Notes: a model not told the origin generated them from the letters alone. Shown: positions 49,903-62,841, numbered from the stretch's first letter. The stretch is 64,000 nt of DNA from an uncultured delta proteobacterium (GCA_963775425.1 CAVZJB010000007.1:256001-320000); one strand, 5' to 3'. Numbers and translations are program-made.

Positions 49903-50754
49903 TCAGCGCGCAGAGCTCACGTCGTGCTCGATGGAGGCGGCGATGGCGCCGACGGCGTCGACGGTGCCGTCGACCAGGGCGCTCGTCGAGCGCACGCCGA
50001 GCTCCGAGGCGAAAAAGGCGCGGGCGGCGTCGAGGGTGTCGTCGTCGAGGTCCTTCCACAGGAACGCGAACGCCACCACGAGCTGATCGGGGTCGCCGGG
50101 CTTGGGCACCTGCGCGATGGCCAGCAGGTCCGCGCGCCGCGTGACCTCGTCGTCCTTGAGCGCCGCGGCCACGATGCGCGCGGCGGCGCTCACCGGCGCG
50201 CGCGTGAGTCGATCGACGGCGCCCGCGGACCACGTGAGGTCCACGAGCGCCTTCACCCTCGCGCGACGCGCCTCCGGCAGCGCCTTTTCGTCCTCGACGA
50301 AGTGCTCGAGCGCCTTGCTGTCCGGGACGGACACCACGGCCGCGTCGATGACGGCGGCGACGGCGGGCTCGGCCAGCGCGTCGCCGAGGGCCTTCAGGTC
50401 GTCGGCGTCCAGGGCGTCCTCGAGCCGGCGCCCGACCTCGTCCTCGAGCCGATCCGCGGACAGGTCGCGCGAGACCGCCGTGGCCAGGCGGTTCCTGCGG
50501 TCCTCGTCGAGCGGCACCATGGTCACCAGCCGCGCCACCCCGCTCCTCGTCACCGCCGGCGCCTCGCGCACCACGCGCTGCACCAGCGATCGCCGGACGA
50601 CGCCGAGCGTCTCCTCGCGCGCGTGCGCCTCCGGCCGCGGCGGCGGCAACGGCGCTGGGTCGGTGGCGCAGCCCGCCACGAGCAGCGCGAGCAGCGCCGC
50701 GGCCGGCGGGGCGGACGGTGAGCGGGGGCGCGCGCTGTCGACGAGGAGGGACAC
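49903..50754 (-). CDS. Hypothetical lipoprotein
   Basis: Lipobox LVAGC; helical body; abuts the upstream gene. Confidence 0.75.
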   Translation of the reverse strand: MSLLVDSARPRSPSAPPAAALLALLVAGCATDPAPLPPPRPEAHAREETLGVVRRSLVQRVVREAPAVTRSGVARLVTMVPLDEDRRNRLATAVSRDLSADRLEDEVGRRLEDALDADDLKALGDALAEPAVAAVIDAAVVSVPDSKALEHFVEDEKALPEARRARVKALVDLTWSAGAVDRLTRAPVSAAARIVAAALKDDEVTRRADLLAIAQVPKPGDPDQLVVAFAFLWKDLDDDTLDAARAFFASELGVRSTSALVDGTVDAVGAIAASIEHDVSSAR

Positions 50755-50755
50755 G

Positions 50756-52192
50756 TCAGGCGGACTTGATGATGCGGGGCTTGGGCTTTCCGTCGGCGCC
50801 CCGCTTGTCGTCGTCGGGCTTGTCGTCGTCGGGCTCGTCCACGGTGTTTTCGGGGTTCGACGGGGGCGGCGAGATCATCGTGGGACCGGAGATCTCCGCC
50901 GGCGCCGGCGGCGTCGAGGCGGCCCCCGGGGCGCGCTCGATCTCCACGCGCGCCACGCGCTTTTCGTCGGCGTCGCGCACGATGAAGGTGTGGCCGGAGA
51001 ACACCACGCGGTCGCCCCGCTGCGGCATGCGTCCCGTGCGCGCGATGAGGAAGCCGCCCAGGGTCTCGTAGCCGCCGTCGTCGGGGAAGGTGATGCCGAG
51101 GGTCTCGCCGAGCTCGTACAGCGACGCGCGCCCCTCGGCGATGAGGCGGCCGTCGTCGAGGCGCTTGATGGGCGTGTCGTCCTCGTCGTGCTCGTCCTGG
51201 ATGGGCCCGACAATCTCCTCGAGGACGTCCTCGAAGGCGACGATCCCGGCGGTGCCGCCGTACTCGTCGACGACGACAGCGAGGTGGGTCTTTCGCTTCT
51301 GGAACAGCTTGAGCAGGTCGCTCACGCGCATGAGCTCGGGGACGTAGAGCACCGCGCGCAGGTGGTTTCGCAGCGAGAAAGGCTTGTCGTGGTCGGCGAG
51401 GGCGTGCAGCAGGTCCTTGGTGTGGAAGAAACCCTTCACCTCGTCGAGGTTGTCGTCGAAGACGGGCATGCGCGAGTGGCCCTTCTCGCGCGCTTCGGTG
51501 AGCACCTCTTCGAACGAGGCCGACAGCGGCAGCGCGGCGATCTCGGTGCGCGGGATCATCACCTCGCGCACCATGGTCTCGCCGAGGTCGAGCACGCTCT
51601 TGAGCATGCGCCCCTCCTGCTTGTCGAGGACGCCCTCGCGCGAGCCGAGCTGGATCATGGCGGCGATGTCGTCTTCGGTGACGAACGGGCCACTGCGGGT
51701 GACGGCGCCGCCGGAGGCGCGCACGAGCACGTGGGAGAACTTGGTGAACAGGACGACGAGCGGGAAGAACGCGATGTACGTCAGCCACACGAGCGGCATG
51801 AGCGTCGGGCCGATGGCGGCCGCGTGCGTCTTGGCGAACGAGCGCGGCGTGATCTCGCCGAAGACGAGGACGATGATCACCATCACCGCCACCACGATGG
51901 TGACGGGCAGCGAGTGGAACACGCGCTCGGTCACGAGGGCCGCGAGCACGGCGATGACGGTGTTGGCGGCGTGATCGCCGATGAGCGTGGCCGTGAGGAC
52001 ATGGTGGGGCTTTTCGAGCCAGAGGGCGAGGAGCTTGCCGCGGCGGCCGCCCGCGTCGACGATGCTCTTGGCGCGCGCCTCGGAGAGCGCCGTGAGCGCG
52101 GTCTCGGCGCCGGAGAAGGCGGCCGAGAGCACGAGGCAGATCACGAGGATCACCCCTTCGCTCAGCGACACGGTACTTGGGGGCTCAGGCAC
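50756..52192 (-). CDS. CNNM/hemolysin-family CBS-CorC transporter
   Basis: SAAFSGAETAL, FGEITPR, VREVMIPR, HSRMPV, VVDEYGGTAG. Confidence 0.93.
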   Translation of the reverse strand: MPEPPSTVSLSEGVILVICLVLSAAFSGAETALTALSEARAKSIVDAGGRRGKLLALWLEKPHHVLTATLIGDHAANTVIAVLAALVTERVFHSLPVTIVVAVMVIIVLVFGEITPRSFAKTHAAAIGPTLMPLVWLTYIAFFPLVVLFTKFSHVLVRASGGAVTRSGPFVTEDDIAAMIQLGSREGVLDKQEGRMLKSVLDLGETMVREVMIPRTEIAALPLSASFEEVLTEAREKGHSRMPVFDDNLDEVKGFFHTKDLLHALADHDKPFSLRNHLRAVLYVPELMRVSDLLKLFQKRKTHLAVVVDEYGGTAGIVAFEDVLEEIVGPIQDEHDEDDTPIKRLDDGRLIAEGRASLYELGETLGITFPDDGGYETLGGFLIARTGRMPQRGDRVVFSGHTFIVRDADEKRVARVEIERAPGAASTPPAPAEISGPTMISPPPSNPENTVDEPDDDKPDDDKRGADGKPKPRIIKSA

Positions 52193-52195
52193 GTC

Positions 52196-53746
52196 TCACT
52201 CTCGCTCCGCCACGCGCTCGAGCATCGCCGCCGCCGTCAGCCCGATGAAGCGAAGCACCTCCATGTGCGCGGCGTCGAAGCCCGCGCGGGAGTTGATGAG
52301 CTGCACGGCGCCGAAGAGCCTGCCCTCCTTCTCGGCGCTCGCGCACAGCGTGTCCGTCGGCTGGTAGTCGATGGTCCTGGCGATCCACGCCAGGAAGCGC
52401 GGATCCTTCTGGATGTCCGAGACCGCGAGGCAGACCCCCTCCTGCGCGCAGAAGCCGATGATGCCCTGCCCCACCGGCACCGTCATTCCGGAGCGCTTCA
52501 GCGCGTCGGCCTTGGGTCCGCGGACCGCGGCGAAGGTAAGCGCATGTCCGTTCACGTCGGCGAGGTAGAAGGTGCCGGCGTCTGCGGGGATGTGCGCGAG
52601 CGCGATGTCGAGCAGCTTGTCCGCCACGTGCTGCGCCGACAACTGCGCCTCCTCCATGTAGAGGTCCTGGGTGGCGTCGAAGACGGCGGCGATGGCCTCC
52701 TGCACGTCCACCTGCTCGTGGTCGCGCTCCTTGTGGACCGTGCGCCCGATGTGCGGATCCGTCCGGGGGTCGGGCTTGCTCACCTCGCGCGACACCGGCG
52801 ACGGCGCCTCGGAGAACTGCCCCGACGGCCGCCGCGGCGCGGGCGCGGGCACGCCGCGCGGCGTCGGAGGACCAAAGGGCATCGGCGTCGCCGCCGACGG
52901 CGCGCGCGGCCGCGCGGTGGAGCCGGTGACGGTGGCGACGTCGAGGCGCATGGTGTCGCCGTCGGTGGGCGGGGGCAGCCCCGAGGACGACGGCGACGGC
53001 GACGGCGGCGACGGCGACGGCGACGGCGACGGCGCGGCCGCGGACGACAACGGCGCCGGCGCGACGCCCGGCGATGGGGGCGGGGCGGCCGGGCGAGCCG
53101 GCATCGGCGTCGCCGCGGCGGTGACCGGCGCCGGCGCGATCTTGCCCGGCACGTCGCTGAGCGCGCCGGGCGACACGAGCGTGCGGGGATCGGGGATGTG
53201 CGGCGGGCCCGGCGGCGGCATCGCCGTCCACGGCACCGAATGCTCCGGCGCCGTCGCGACGGCCGGCCGGCTCGCAGGGGGCGGCGTCACGGACGGCGGC
53301 GTCGCCATCGGCGCCGGCGGCGCCGGCAGCGGCGCGAGCTTCGGCGCCGGGAACTCGACCAGGGTCTTCGGCGACGGCGACGCGAACCCCGGCGGCCGCT
53401 CGTTCTTCTCCGTCTGCTCGGCGTCGACGGGGGCGGCGTCGGGGATGGAGATCGGGCGCGGGCCCGTGTCCGGGCGCTTCGCGTCGAGGACCGTCGGCGC
53501 CTCCTCCTCCACCTTCGGCGGCTGCACCTCGCGCAGACGGAAGACGCGCCGCGTGGCGACGTCGGTGACGTGGATGGAGTTGTCCTCCTTGATGTCGCAC
53601 ATCACGTTGGCGATGGCCTCCTGGCCCTCGCCGATGCTCTTGAGCCCCGACCTCAGCGCGCCGATCCAGTTGGGCGCCTCGAGCGTCATCGTCACGTTCG
53701 GCGTGCCGGCCTCACGCCCGGGAATGAAGACTTCGAAGAGGGCCAT
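52196..53746 (-). CDS. GAF domain protein with long Pro-rich linker
   Basis: Compact ~75-aa N-domain, ~250-aa Pro/Ala linker, C-terminal GAF (GQGIIG..DPRF..GAVQLINS..F). Confidence 0.85.
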   Translation of the reverse strand: MALFEVFIPGREAGTPNVTMTLEAPNWIGALRSGLKSIGEGQEAIANVMCDIKEDNSIHVTDVATRRVFRLREVQPPKVEEEAPTVLDAKRPDTGPRPISIPDAAPVDAEQTEKNERPPGFASPSPKTLVEFPAPKLAPLPAPPAPMATPPSVTPPPASRPAVATAPEHSVPWTAMPPPGPPHIPDPRTLVSPGALSDVPGKIAPAPVTAAATPMPARPAAPPPSPGVAPAPLSSAAAPSPSPSPSPPSPSPSSSGLPPPTDGDTMRLDVATVTGSTARPRAPSAATPMPFGPPTPRGVPAPAPRRPSGQFSEAPSPVSREVSKPDPRTDPHIGRTVHKERDHEQVDVQEAIAAVFDATQDLYMEEAQLSAQHVADKLLDIALAHIPADAGTFYLADVNGHALTFAAVRGPKADALKRSGMTVPVGQGIIGFCAQEGVCLAVSDIQKDPRFLAWIARTIDYQPTDTLCASAEKEGRLFGAVQLINSRAGFDAAHMEVLRFIGLTAAAMLERVAERE

Positions 53747-53838
53747 CCCCTGGAATTACCATCGAATCCGGGGCCACCCAACCAACCCGCCGCGACGTCC
53801 GTTTTCAGGGGGTTAGGCGCGCTTGTTCCAAGGGAGCT

Positions 53839-54324
53839 TCAAGCGAGGCCGAGGCTCTTCGCCGCCTCGGCCTCGACGTTGGCCCCGACGGACAGCACCA
53901 GCCGCTCGTGGCGCTCCACCCGCGTCACCCGGTGGCGCATCACGTCCGGCCGGAACAGGTAGGCGTCGCCCGCGTCCAGCGGCACCTCGGCGCCGTCGAC
54001 GTAGAGGACGCCGCCGGCGCCGCCGAGCGCGAGCGCGTTGATGCGGACGTGGCACAGGCCTTCCGCCGCGGGGTCTGCGTGCTCCGGGATCTCGGTGTCG
54101 ACGGGGTAGCGCAGCACCCACGCGTCGTAGAGCAGCGGCCCGCCGAGCGCCGCCAGGCACTTCTTCACCAGCCGCTCGCCCATGATGCTGTCGAGCAGGC
54201 TCGCCTTTTCGTAGCCCGTCCCCTGCCGCCCCGGCTCGAACGCGCCGGCGCGCGCGAGGTTGGCGACGACGACGCGATCGCGCGGCGACAAGAACCCCGG
54301 GACCAGGCGCGGCTCGAGGGCCAC
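53839..54324 (-). CDS. 2OG-Fe(II) oxygenase family protein
   Basis: HxD (EHADP), GG, distal H (MRHRV), RLVLS. Confidence 0.8.
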   Translation of the reverse strand: MALEPRLVPGFLSPRDRVVVANLARAGAFEPGRQGTGYEKASLLDSIMGERLVKKCLAALGGPLLYDAWVLRYPVDTEIPEHADPAAEGLCHVRINALALGGAGGVLYVDGAEVPLDAGDAYLFRPDVMRHRVTRVERHERLVLSVGANVEAEAAKSLGLA

Positions 54325-54325
54325 G

Positions 54326-56185
54326 TCACTTGCCTCCGAGCAGGTTGCCGACGAGCCCCACGATGCCGACGCCGAGCACGAAGAGGCTCTCTCCCGCGAT
54401 GAGCCCGCCGCCGACGAGGCTGGTGGCGCTCATGTCCTCGGGGAGCGCCTCGCCCTCGCCGGGCGATCCCGCGGCGACGACCCGCCGGCGCGCCACGCCG
54501 AAGTTGATGAGCGACGCGACGATGCCGCCGAGGCCGAACCACAAGGACGTATCGAACTCCACGAAGCCGCCGAAGCTCGACGCGTAGGGCGAGGCGATCA
54601 GCAGGGAGTCGAGGATCCAGTCGAAGGTCTTGGTGGCCGACGACGAGCCCTTCCACGCCTTGTAGCGGGGGTGGCGCAGGATGATCTTGCGCAGCACCTC
54701 GATGAAGAGCCCCGCGGCCACGCCGAGCCCCATCACCGAGAGCGTGCGCGACTTGTCGCCGGAGAGCGTGTTGAGCACGCCGACGAACTTGTACGTCATG
54801 GTGCTCTGCCACTCCTTGCCGCTCTCGCTCGCCGCCTGAATGTTCGGGTGGGCGAAGAGGTTCTCCTTGAGGACCGGGTACGCCTCGAGGAACAAGCGCG
54901 TCACCATCACCGCGAGCAGGGCGCCCATGACGATGCCCACCATCTGGTAGCGGAACTGGATGGTGCGGTTGCTGCCGAGCCGCCAGCCGGTGGAGCGATC
55001 CTGCTGCATGTCGACGCCGACGGTGCACGACACGAGCAGGATGGACCCGCCGAACAGGCCGATGAGCGGGCTGCGCAGGCCGAGCACGCCCATCAAGAGC
55101 ACGCTGACCACGAACGCCGACGAGATGGGGTTCTGGTCCGTGATGCCCTGCGAGATGCCGTTCACCATCTGGAAGATGAAGGCCATGAAGATGGCGAACA
55201 GCACCCACTGCGCCGGCACGTGCAGCACCTGCGTGGCGACGATGAGCAGCCCGGTGCCCCACACGCCGACCCACAACAGGAGCCGCTTCACGTTGGTGGG
55301 CTGACCGGACCCCTCGGGCGGCGCCTCGGTGCGCGCGGCGCGCAGGCGCGAAGCGGCGTCCTTGGCGAGGAGCGACATGTCGACGATGGCGGCGCCGAGG
55401 ATGGTGCCGAGCGCGAAGATGAACGTGATCTTGCGGTAGGGATCGTCCTCGCCGATGTAGCCGTTGGATCGCAGCCACGGCGTGATCAAGGTGGCGATGA
55501 CGGCGATGAGGATGGCGGACGCGGTGATGCGCGAGCCGCAGATCATGCCCGCGCCGAACGTGGCCGACGAAAAAGCGCCGAACGCGCGGCCCACGCGGGC
55601 GCCGAGCACCTTGGCGAAGCCGCCGCCGATGGCGTCGACGAGCTTGGAGACGAGGAGGCCGCCGCCGATGCCGCCGCCGAGCGTGCCGACGCTGCGCTTG
55701 AGGATCTTCGGGTCCGTAAGCGCGCGCAGGATGTTGGCGACCGCGAGGCCCGAGGGGTAGGTGAGCTTCAGCTTGTCGACGAGGATGGGCGTGTAGAGCA
55801 TGCCGACGCCGATGCCGAACATGCCGATGCACAGGAAGTAGAGGATGAGCTGCCACGCCGGCGGCGGGGGCATGCCGAGCCACACCATGGCCTGGATGAG
55901 CACGCCCATGGCCGACATGGACGCCACCGACGCCGCCATGGTCTGCATGTAGTTGGCGCCGTGCTTACCGTCGGGCCCGTAGCCGAACGTGACGACGCTG
56001 CCGAGGATCCCCGCGAGCACCTGCCCGCCGACGAAGAAGCCGAGCGAGAAGTTCATGTAGCTGGCGGTGATGCCGCCGAGCGGGCCGAGCACGAGGATGG
56101 CGACGGCGCCGAGGAGCACGTAGTAGCCGGGCGTGCCGGTCTTCGGCAGGAACTTCCAACGCTGCGTCGAGGGTGCGTCGCTCAT
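54326..56185 (-). CDS. OPT/YSL family oligopeptide transporter
   Basis: NYMQTMAAS, LTYPSGLAVA, DMQQD..G, GGGLIAGES; many TM segments. Confidence 0.9.
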   Translation of the reverse strand: MSDAPSTQRWKFLPKTGTPGYYVLLGAVAILVLGPLGGITASYMNFSLGFFVGGQVLAGILGSVVTFGYGPDGKHGANYMQTMAASVASMSAMGVLIQAMVWLGMPPPPAWQLILYFLCIGMFGIGVGMLYTPILVDKLKLTYPSGLAVANILRALTDPKILKRSVGTLGGGIGGGLLVSKLVDAIGGGFAKVLGARVGRAFGAFSSATFGAGMICGSRITASAILIAVIATLITPWLRSNGYIGEDDPYRKITFIFALGTILGAAIVDMSLLAKDAASRLRAARTEAPPEGSGQPTNVKRLLLWVGVWGTGLLIVATQVLHVPAQWVLFAIFMAFIFQMVNGISQGITDQNPISSAFVVSVLLMGVLGLRSPLIGLFGGSILLVSCTVGVDMQQDRSTGWRLGSNRTIQFRYQMVGIVMGALLAVMVTRLFLEAYPVLKENLFAHPNIQAASESGKEWQSTMTYKFVGVLNTLSGDKSRTLSVMGLGVAAGLFIEVLRKIILRHPRYKAWKGSSSATKTFDWILDSLLIASPYASSFGGFVEFDTSLWFGLGGIVASLINFGVARRRVVAAGSPGEGEALPEDMSATSLVGGGLIAGESLFVLGVGIVGLVGNLLGGK

Positions 56186-56245
56186 CGCGCCCGCATAGCG
56201 GATCCCCCTTCGTGCGTGAACCGCGAACGCGCGCGGCCTCCCGGC

Positions 56246-56752
56246 TCACAGCGCGCCGGACGGCTCGATGGCGTTGGCCCAACGGGCGTCGCCGACGGTG
56301 CCCCAGGTGACGCGCACGGCTTCCCCCGGCAGGAGGGCCGCGAGCTGCGAGGGGTGCGCATGCACGAGCAACGCGCCGTCGTTGAGCTCGAGCATCCCCG
56401 ACGACAGGAACACGCGTGTCACGGTGCCGTCGTCGGTGCGTGGGTCGGTCACGGTCTGCTGCGCCGACGACGGCTCGATCCACGCGACGCCGCCGTAGTC
56501 GACGAAGCTGATGCTCACGAGGTCGCCGCTCTCGATGCGGGCGATGTCGATCGGGCGCGCCTGCAGCGTGGTGGTGACGAGCTCGCGGGATCCGGGCACG
56601 TCGATGTCGACGCCGGCGCCGGTGATGCGGATGTGGCCGGTGGCGGCCTCGCGCGTGGTGACGGTGAGCGTCGAGAGGTCGCGATCGACGATGTCGACCG
56701 TGCCCTGGACCGTCTGCACCTGCGCGGCGAGGAGGGCGGCGAGGAAGATCAT
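56246..56752 (-). CDS. Exported tandem OB-fold-like protein (paralog 3)
   Basis: GGAGG RBS; MIFLAALLAA|Q; shares motifs with the two upstream genes. Confidence 0.75.
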   Translation of the reverse strand: MIFLAALLAAQVQTVQGTVDIVDRDLSTLTVTTREAATGHIRITGAGVDIDVPGSRELVTTTLQARPIDIARIESGDLVSISFVDYGGVAWIEPSSAQQTVTDPRTDDGTVTRVFLSSGMLELNDGALLVHAHPSQLAALLPGEAVRVTWGTVGDARWANAIEPSGAL

Positions 56753-57450
56753 GGTGGCCTCCTGTCCTCGACGTAGCGACCGCCTGCCGCCCCCTGCAGC
56801 GTGAGCGCCTGCACCCAGACGCCGGCGCCCATGCGCGAAAACGACACCGTCGCGCGCATCCCGGGGAGGACGCCGCGCAGCGCCTCTGGGTGGATACGCA
56901 GCCGCGCCCCGCCGACGTCGACGACGCCGGCCGCGCGATCCTCGGCGGTCACCGTCGCCGTGAGCGCGCCCTCGACCACCGGCGGCGGCGGCGAAGGCGG
57001 CATCCACAGGCGGTCGCCGTAGGCGCGGACGTCGACGTCGACGAGGGTCCCCGCGGCGTAGCGCGCGGCGTCGGCCGGCGTGTCCTGCAGGGTCACGTGG
57101 CGGCCGGCGTCGACCACGAGGGTGCCCGCCTCGAGGTCGACGCGCTCGACGATGCCGCGGATGCGACGCTCGTCGGCGCCGATGAGGCGCACCGCCGCGG
57201 CCACAGGCGACGGAGGCGACGGAGGCGACGGCGACGGAGGACGCGGCGGCGAAGGCGGCGACCGGTCAAGCGGCGACGCGCGCGCGGGAGCGGGAGCCGC
57301 GCCGGCGCCGGTCCCCTCGGAGGGGGCGCGCAGCCCCTCCGCGGGGGCCTCCGACCGGGGGGGTGCGCCCTTTCTCTCTGAACATGAAATCAACGCGAAG
57401 GCGGCTGCACCAAGCAACAGTAAACGCCTGGTCCAGCCGCCTATCGCCAT
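56749..57450 (-). CDS. Lipoprotein, tandem OB-fold-like (paralog 2)
   Basis: Lipobox LISC, Pro-rich linker, two repeats with conserved HP..PG..W. Confidence 0.75.
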   Translation of the reverse strand: MAIGGWTRRLLLLGAAAFALISCSERKGAPPRSEAPAEGLRAPSEGTGAGAAPAPARASPLDRSPPSPPRPPSPSPPSPPSPVAAAVRLIGADERRIRGIVERVDLEAGTLVVDAGRHVTLQDTPADAARYAAGTLVDVDVRAYGDRLWMPPSPPPPVVEGALTATVTAEDRAAGVVDVGGARLRIHPEALRGVLPGMRATVSFSRMGAGVWVQALTLQGAAGGRYVEDRRPP

Positions 57451-57491
57451 TGTTTCACCGGCAGAGCCGAGGTGCCTCACGGTCGCGAGGC

Positions 57492-58229
57492 CTACTCCTT
57501 CTTGTCTTCCTTCGGCTGCTGCGCCGCGGGCTGCTGCGCCGCGGGCTGCTGCGCCGCGGGCTGCTGCATCTGCGGCTGCACGCGCAGGTAGCCGCTCGTT
57601 CCGGTGCCGGTCCCGAGCGTCTCGACGCCGGCGCCGGCCTCGAGGCCGCTGACCCACGGCTCCGACCCGATCATCGCGTACGTCAGGCTCACGAACTGAC
57701 CGGGGAACAGGCCCTGGGTGTCCTCAGGGTGAGCGCGGAAGCGTTGCCCGCGGACCTCGATGAGGCCCTGCGCGCGGTTCACGCCGGTCACCGGACCCGT
57801 GAAGGTGCCGGTCTGCGCCCACGACTGCAACGACGGGGCGGAGTTGGTCGGCTGCACCCAGAGGTTGCCGTTGTAATCGCTGTAGTCGAGGGCGACGACG
57901 TCGCCCGGGGTCACGTTCATGATGTCGAAGGGCCGCGCGTTCAAGGTCACCGTGCCGGAGAGCCCGGCGCTGCCGCTCGCGCCGGTGTTGCCGTGCAGCA
58001 CGCGAACGCCACCTCTCCCCGAGCCGCGGAGGAGCCCTCCGGAGCCGGTGTCGATGGTGATGGTCGCCCGTTGCAGGTCGACGGACTGTACGGTTCCTTG
58101 CAGCGTGCCGACCACGAAAGTGCGGCCCACCGGGGCGCCGATCGTCTGCGCCATGGCCGCGGGCGCGAGTGCGAACGCGGCGCTGGCGAAGGCGGCTCCG
58201 ACCCAGAGGTGCCGGGATTGCCTTTTCAT
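57492..58229 (-). CDS. Exported tandem OB-fold-like protein (paralog 1) with QQPAA tail repeats
   Basis: Signal AMA|Q; GTVQSVD..PGDVV..W and GPVTGVN..AHP..PGQFV..W. Confidence 0.8.
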   Translation of the reverse strand: MKRQSRHLWVGAAFASAAFALAPAAMAQTIGAPVGRTFVVGTLQGTVQSVDLQRATITIDTGSGGLLRGSGRGGVRVLHGNTGASGSAGLSGTVTLNARPFDIMNVTPGDVVALDYSDYNGNLWVQPTNSAPSLQSWAQTGTFTGPVTGVNRAQGLIEVRGQRFRAHPEDTQGLFPGQFVSLTYAMIGSEPWVSGLEAGAGVETLGTGTGTSGYLRVQPQMQQPAAQQPAAQQPAAQQPKEDKKE

Positions 58230-58623
58230 ATCAGACTCCGTTCCAGTATTGTGTTGTTCACGATCACACCGTTTGTTTCTGTGATCTACGAAAAGATTAA
58301 CAACGACCGGAAGGGATCCGTTCTTTGCTCGCTCGTCTATCGGCTCGCTCACGGTCACCGGCGCCGCGCGCGGTGAGCGCTCACGCGGCATCGATGCGGA
58401 CGATGGACCTCGAGCTGCGCGCGCCGAGCGCGCGCCGGGAGCTCACCGACGACGACAAGCCCCAGGACTCCGAAGCGCGGCGGAGGCAGCCCCCGAAGCC
58501 CCTCCGGCAACCGCAGCGACCCGCCACGGCGACGAAGGCGACCTCGGAGTCTGCGGACGCCGCCGCGCGGGGAGCGCGCCGCGACGACAGGCGCCGTGAG
58601 CGCGCCGACGCGCGCGCGGACCG

Positions 58624-60993
<2,370 letters not shown>

Positions 60994-61401
60994 CTCGCGC
61001 TGTCCTCTGGCGTCTGCGGGCGTCGCCGACTGGCGCGGGGGTTACGACGCGGCGATGCGCTCGCGCCTCGCTAAACCCTAGGAACGGAAACGCCCCCGAC
61101 AAGCGCCGGGGGCACGCACCTTCGGGCAGAAAATTTGTGGCGGCCCGGCGGCGACGGCTAGCGTCGAGCTGCATCCAAGGAGGCCGCCATCGTGCCCGCC
61201 AACCCGCCGTCGTTCTGGAAGGGCCTCGCGCTCGCCGTCGCCACGCTCACGGTCTCGACGTGGGCCCTGGGCACACTGTGGCTCCACGCCCAGCCCCCGC
61301 CGCAGGGCGAGACGGCCCGCATCGCCGCCCGCTGAGGCCGAAGCGCCGCGAGACCCGACGACGCGCGCCCGACCAGCGGCGCCCGGCGACGGCGCCGCGG
61401 C

Positions 61402-62841
61402 TCACGGCGCGAACGAGACGTTGTCGATGCCGGACTCGTCGGCGACGTTGCTGGTGATGTCGATGGTCGTGAACGGTTCGTCGGCGGAGAAGCCGATGAA
61501 CCCGGCGGCGGTGTCGGGGACGGGCTTGTCGAACGCGCCGACCCCGGCGACGTCGAAGTGCATGATGAACCCGCTGGAGCGCGCCTTGGTGTCCATCGCG
61601 AGCCGTGTCACGGGCGCGTCGAACACCATTCGGAAGACGCGGGTGTCGCCGGCCTGCGTCTGAAGCCGCACGTATGTGGTGCCGTCGATCGCGTCGTCGC
61701 CGCCGCTCACGAACGGCGCGGCGTCGAGGCCGCAGGGCGAGGGCTGCGTCCCCGCCTCGACGATGGTGAAGGGCCCGGCGTCGAACGGCGCTCCGTTGAA
61801 GGGCGCCTGCGGCTCGATCTCCACGTCCTCGGTGACCTCGTTGAAGTCGACCGTCGTTTGCCCCGTCCCAAGCGCCAGATCCCAGTCCGCGCGATCCGTG
61901 AAGAACGAGATCGTCGGGGCGCCCGCGCGGACGAAGGAGATGTTGTCGAGGCCGGCGGAGCCCGCGAAGTTGCTGGTGATGTCGATGTGGCTGAAGGCGC
62001 TCGGGGCGATGAAGCCGAAGAACACGGTGGTCTGCGGCACGTCGGCGACGGGATCGCCGGCGTCGGTCAGGAAGTCGAGCTGGTAGCCGGGGAACTGCGC
62101 AAGCATGTCCGCTCCGAACGCGATCTGCGGCGCGTCGAAGTCGAGGGTGGTGACGCGCGAGTCGCCGGACTGCGTCTGCGACCAGAGGTAGGTGGTGTCG
62201 TCCGGCGGGACCTCGGAGCCGTCGAACGGCGGCGGGGAGATGATCGTGGGCACCGCGTCCGTGCCTGTGTCCGAAACGGTGAACGGTCCCGCGTCGAAGG
62301 GCGCACCGTTCAAATCCGGGTCGAGGGCGACGACGGTGGTGATGTCGTTGAAGTCGACGATGTTCACGCTGCCGAAGCCCGCGGCCGTCGCCTCGGCTTC
62401 CCACGCCGCCCGCGACGAGCAGACGATGAAGCCGCTGGCGGCGGAGGCGCAATCGTCGCCTTCGCCCTCGCCCTCGCCCTCGCCTTCCCCTTCGCCTTCG
62501 CCTTCGCCTTCGCCTTCGCCCTCGCCTTCGCCTTCGCCCTCGCCTTCGCCTTCGCCCTCGCCTTCGCCCTCGCCCTCGCCTTCGCCCTCGCCCTCGCCTT
62601 CGCCTTCGCCTTCGCCTTCGCCTTCACCCTCGCCTTCGCCCTCGCCTTCGCCTTCGCCTTCCCCTTCGCCGGCGGGAGCGTCGATGCACAGGCCGTCGGC
62701 TTGATTGCAGACGGGCAACGAAGCGGGACAGTCGGCGTCGGTGGTGCACGCGGCCTGCTGGCCGAGGATGCGGCACGCGTCGAGCGAGCCCGTGAGCGCG
62801 ACCAGGACGACGACGAGGGAGATCCGGGTACGCATCATCAC
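61402..62841 (-). CDS. Lipoprotein with Cys-rich motif, (GE)35 tract and two duplicated beta domains
   Basis: Lipobox LDAC; CTTDADC..C..C; duplicated [25 protein letters not shown](I/V)SF units. Confidence 0.87.
   Translation of the reverse strand: MMMRTRISLVVVLVALTGSLDACRILGQQAACTTDADCPASLPVCNQADGLCIDAPAGEGEGEGEGEGEGEGEGEGEGEGEGEGEGEGEGEGEGEGEGEGEGEGEGEGEGEGEGEGEGEGEGEGEGEGDDCASAASGFIVCSSRAAWEAEATAAGFGSVNIVDFNDITTVVALDPDLNGAPFDAGPFTVSDTGTDAVPTIISPPPFDGSEVPPDDTTYLWSQTQSGDSRVTTLDFDAPQIAFGADMLAQFPGYQLDFLTDAGDPVADVPQTTVFFGFIAPSAFSHIDITSNFAGSAGLDNISFVRAGAPTISFFTDRADWDLALGTGQTTVDFNEVTEDVEIEPQAPFNGAPFDAGPFTIVEAGTQPSPCGLDAAPFVSGGDDAIDGTTYVRLQTQAGDTRVFRMVFDAPVTRLAMDTKARSSGFIMHFDVAGVGAFDKPVPDTAAGFIGFSADEPFTTIDITSNVADESGIDNVSFAP
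62458..62670. repeat. Coding hexamer repeat encoding G(EG)35
   Basis: cttcgc/cctcgc units with synonymous variation. Confidence 0.95.
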
